Assembly: GCA_048569125.1 (NCBI GenBank)
Contig: CM109057.1
Location: 35,006,381 to 35,070,380, forward strand
Reading direction: 5' to 3'
Source of the DNA: Diretmus argenteus
Lineage: Eukaryota
Length of the DNA stretch: 64,000 nt
In this document: positions 63,125-64,000 of the stretch, one piece after another
Layout of the letters: each line of letters starts with the position of its first letter
Position numbering within the stretch: the first letter of the stretch is position 1
Notes under the pieces: model-generated
Told to the model about the DNA's origin: nothing
Databases searched by the model: none
The model's input: only the letters and a program-made list of their open reading frames with translations
Translations under genes and position numbers: made by a program

Positions 63125-64000
63125 GGATCTTATTTTTGATAGGATATTGTCCCAAGGATTTCTTGCTTTAAACGTGTTTCAATTAGTTAAGATTTACTAT
63201 TTAATTGTATAATTAATGTATAAGTGAACCTCCTTATACATTGTCTCATCGTACCAATTTCTAGTGAGTGAAATAATACTGAAATTATTGACCCAAAAAG
63301 TACAAGTTACAACCCAATTAAGCAACTAGCAAACCAATCACAATGAAAATGAATAAAAATGACTTATTTCAGCAAACATCGTTTATTATTATTTTTTCAT
63401 TCAAGACTGAAAAATAAAACGCACGCTGTCATCATTAACCTTTTACCACAATTAAAACTATTTTGGGTGGCAATTAATATCATACACACTTTTAGAGGTA
63501 AAACTGTTGTTATTTTCTTAATTTCCCCCCCCACTTTTGTACGTACATTCATCAGAGACAGCGGTGCCAGAGCCGGAAGCGACGCGCGTGTTTAACAAAC
63601 ACGTGGTTTTGATCAAGACATAAATTGGGCCGCAGCCTCATTATCAGTCTTTCACTCCCCGTGTTGCGGTGAAGGAGGTCCGTGTTCAGGACAGAGACCG
63701 TAGATCCCCCCCCCACGTGTCTTCAACTCGCTTTCACGGTACGTTTGTATTTATCACATATCTTTTAATCTAATTATTATTATTTATTGTCGTAGATTGT
63801 CCATTAATGTCTGGATGTGCGTTTTTTTTGTGTTGTTTCCGGAGAGTCACTGGTTCAGTGGCACCGACCGGATGCGAGTAAAGTGATTTAAAATATTGCG
63901 TTTTATCTTGACAAATACCAGATAAAAGACCTTTTGCGTCGATTGTTATGGTCGTTTTTGCGGAGTTTAGTTGGTTACTGGCGTTATTACGACACCGTGG

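Overview
This 64 kb window looks like vertebrate genomic DNA, most likely teleost fish. The evidence is abundant (CA)n, (TA)n and (AAT)n microsatellites, tRNA-derived SINEs, L1- and L2-type LINE fragments, many MITEs, GT-AG introns and CpG-rich promoters. It is not a prokaryotic or accessory-island type region. I had no search tools, so gene identities rest on my recall of the human proteins.

Five host genes can be reconstructed exon by exon from the translations and splice signals:
- a ZNRF1-like RING-H2 E3 ligase on the plus strand, 4 coding exons, 3486-9236;
- a GRINA/TMBIM3-like transmembrane BAX-inhibitor-motif gene on the plus strand, 5 coding exons, 15254-23039;
- PARP2 on the minus strand, 16 coding exons, 23837-42463;
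- METTL17 on the plus strand, 14 coding exons, 43042-59317, head-to-head with PARP2 across a 578 bp CpG promoter;
- SDR39U1 on the minus strand, 6 coding exons, 60198-62723.

The most interesting item is an apparently intact two-exon piggyBac-family transposase gene (623 aa). Its catalytic aspartates and its C-terminal Cys-rich domain are preserved. It sits in the sense orientation inside PARP2 intron 3.

The introns are packed with repeats:
- an L1-like LINE of about 6 kb with frameshifted ORF1 and ORF2, antisense in METTL17 intron 12;
- L2-like reverse transcriptase fragments;
- three tRNA-derived SINEs, one of which has a clear target-site duplication inside another repeat;
- several TIR-bounded MITEs, including a 610 bp near-perfect palindrome in the last METTL17 intron.

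Other notable features are a coding poly-Glu (GAG)n tract in PARP2 exon 2, a poly-His tract in ZNRF1 exon 1, and a GC-rich cassette bounded by inverted repeats that carries GCGCATGCGC palindromes next to the LINE.
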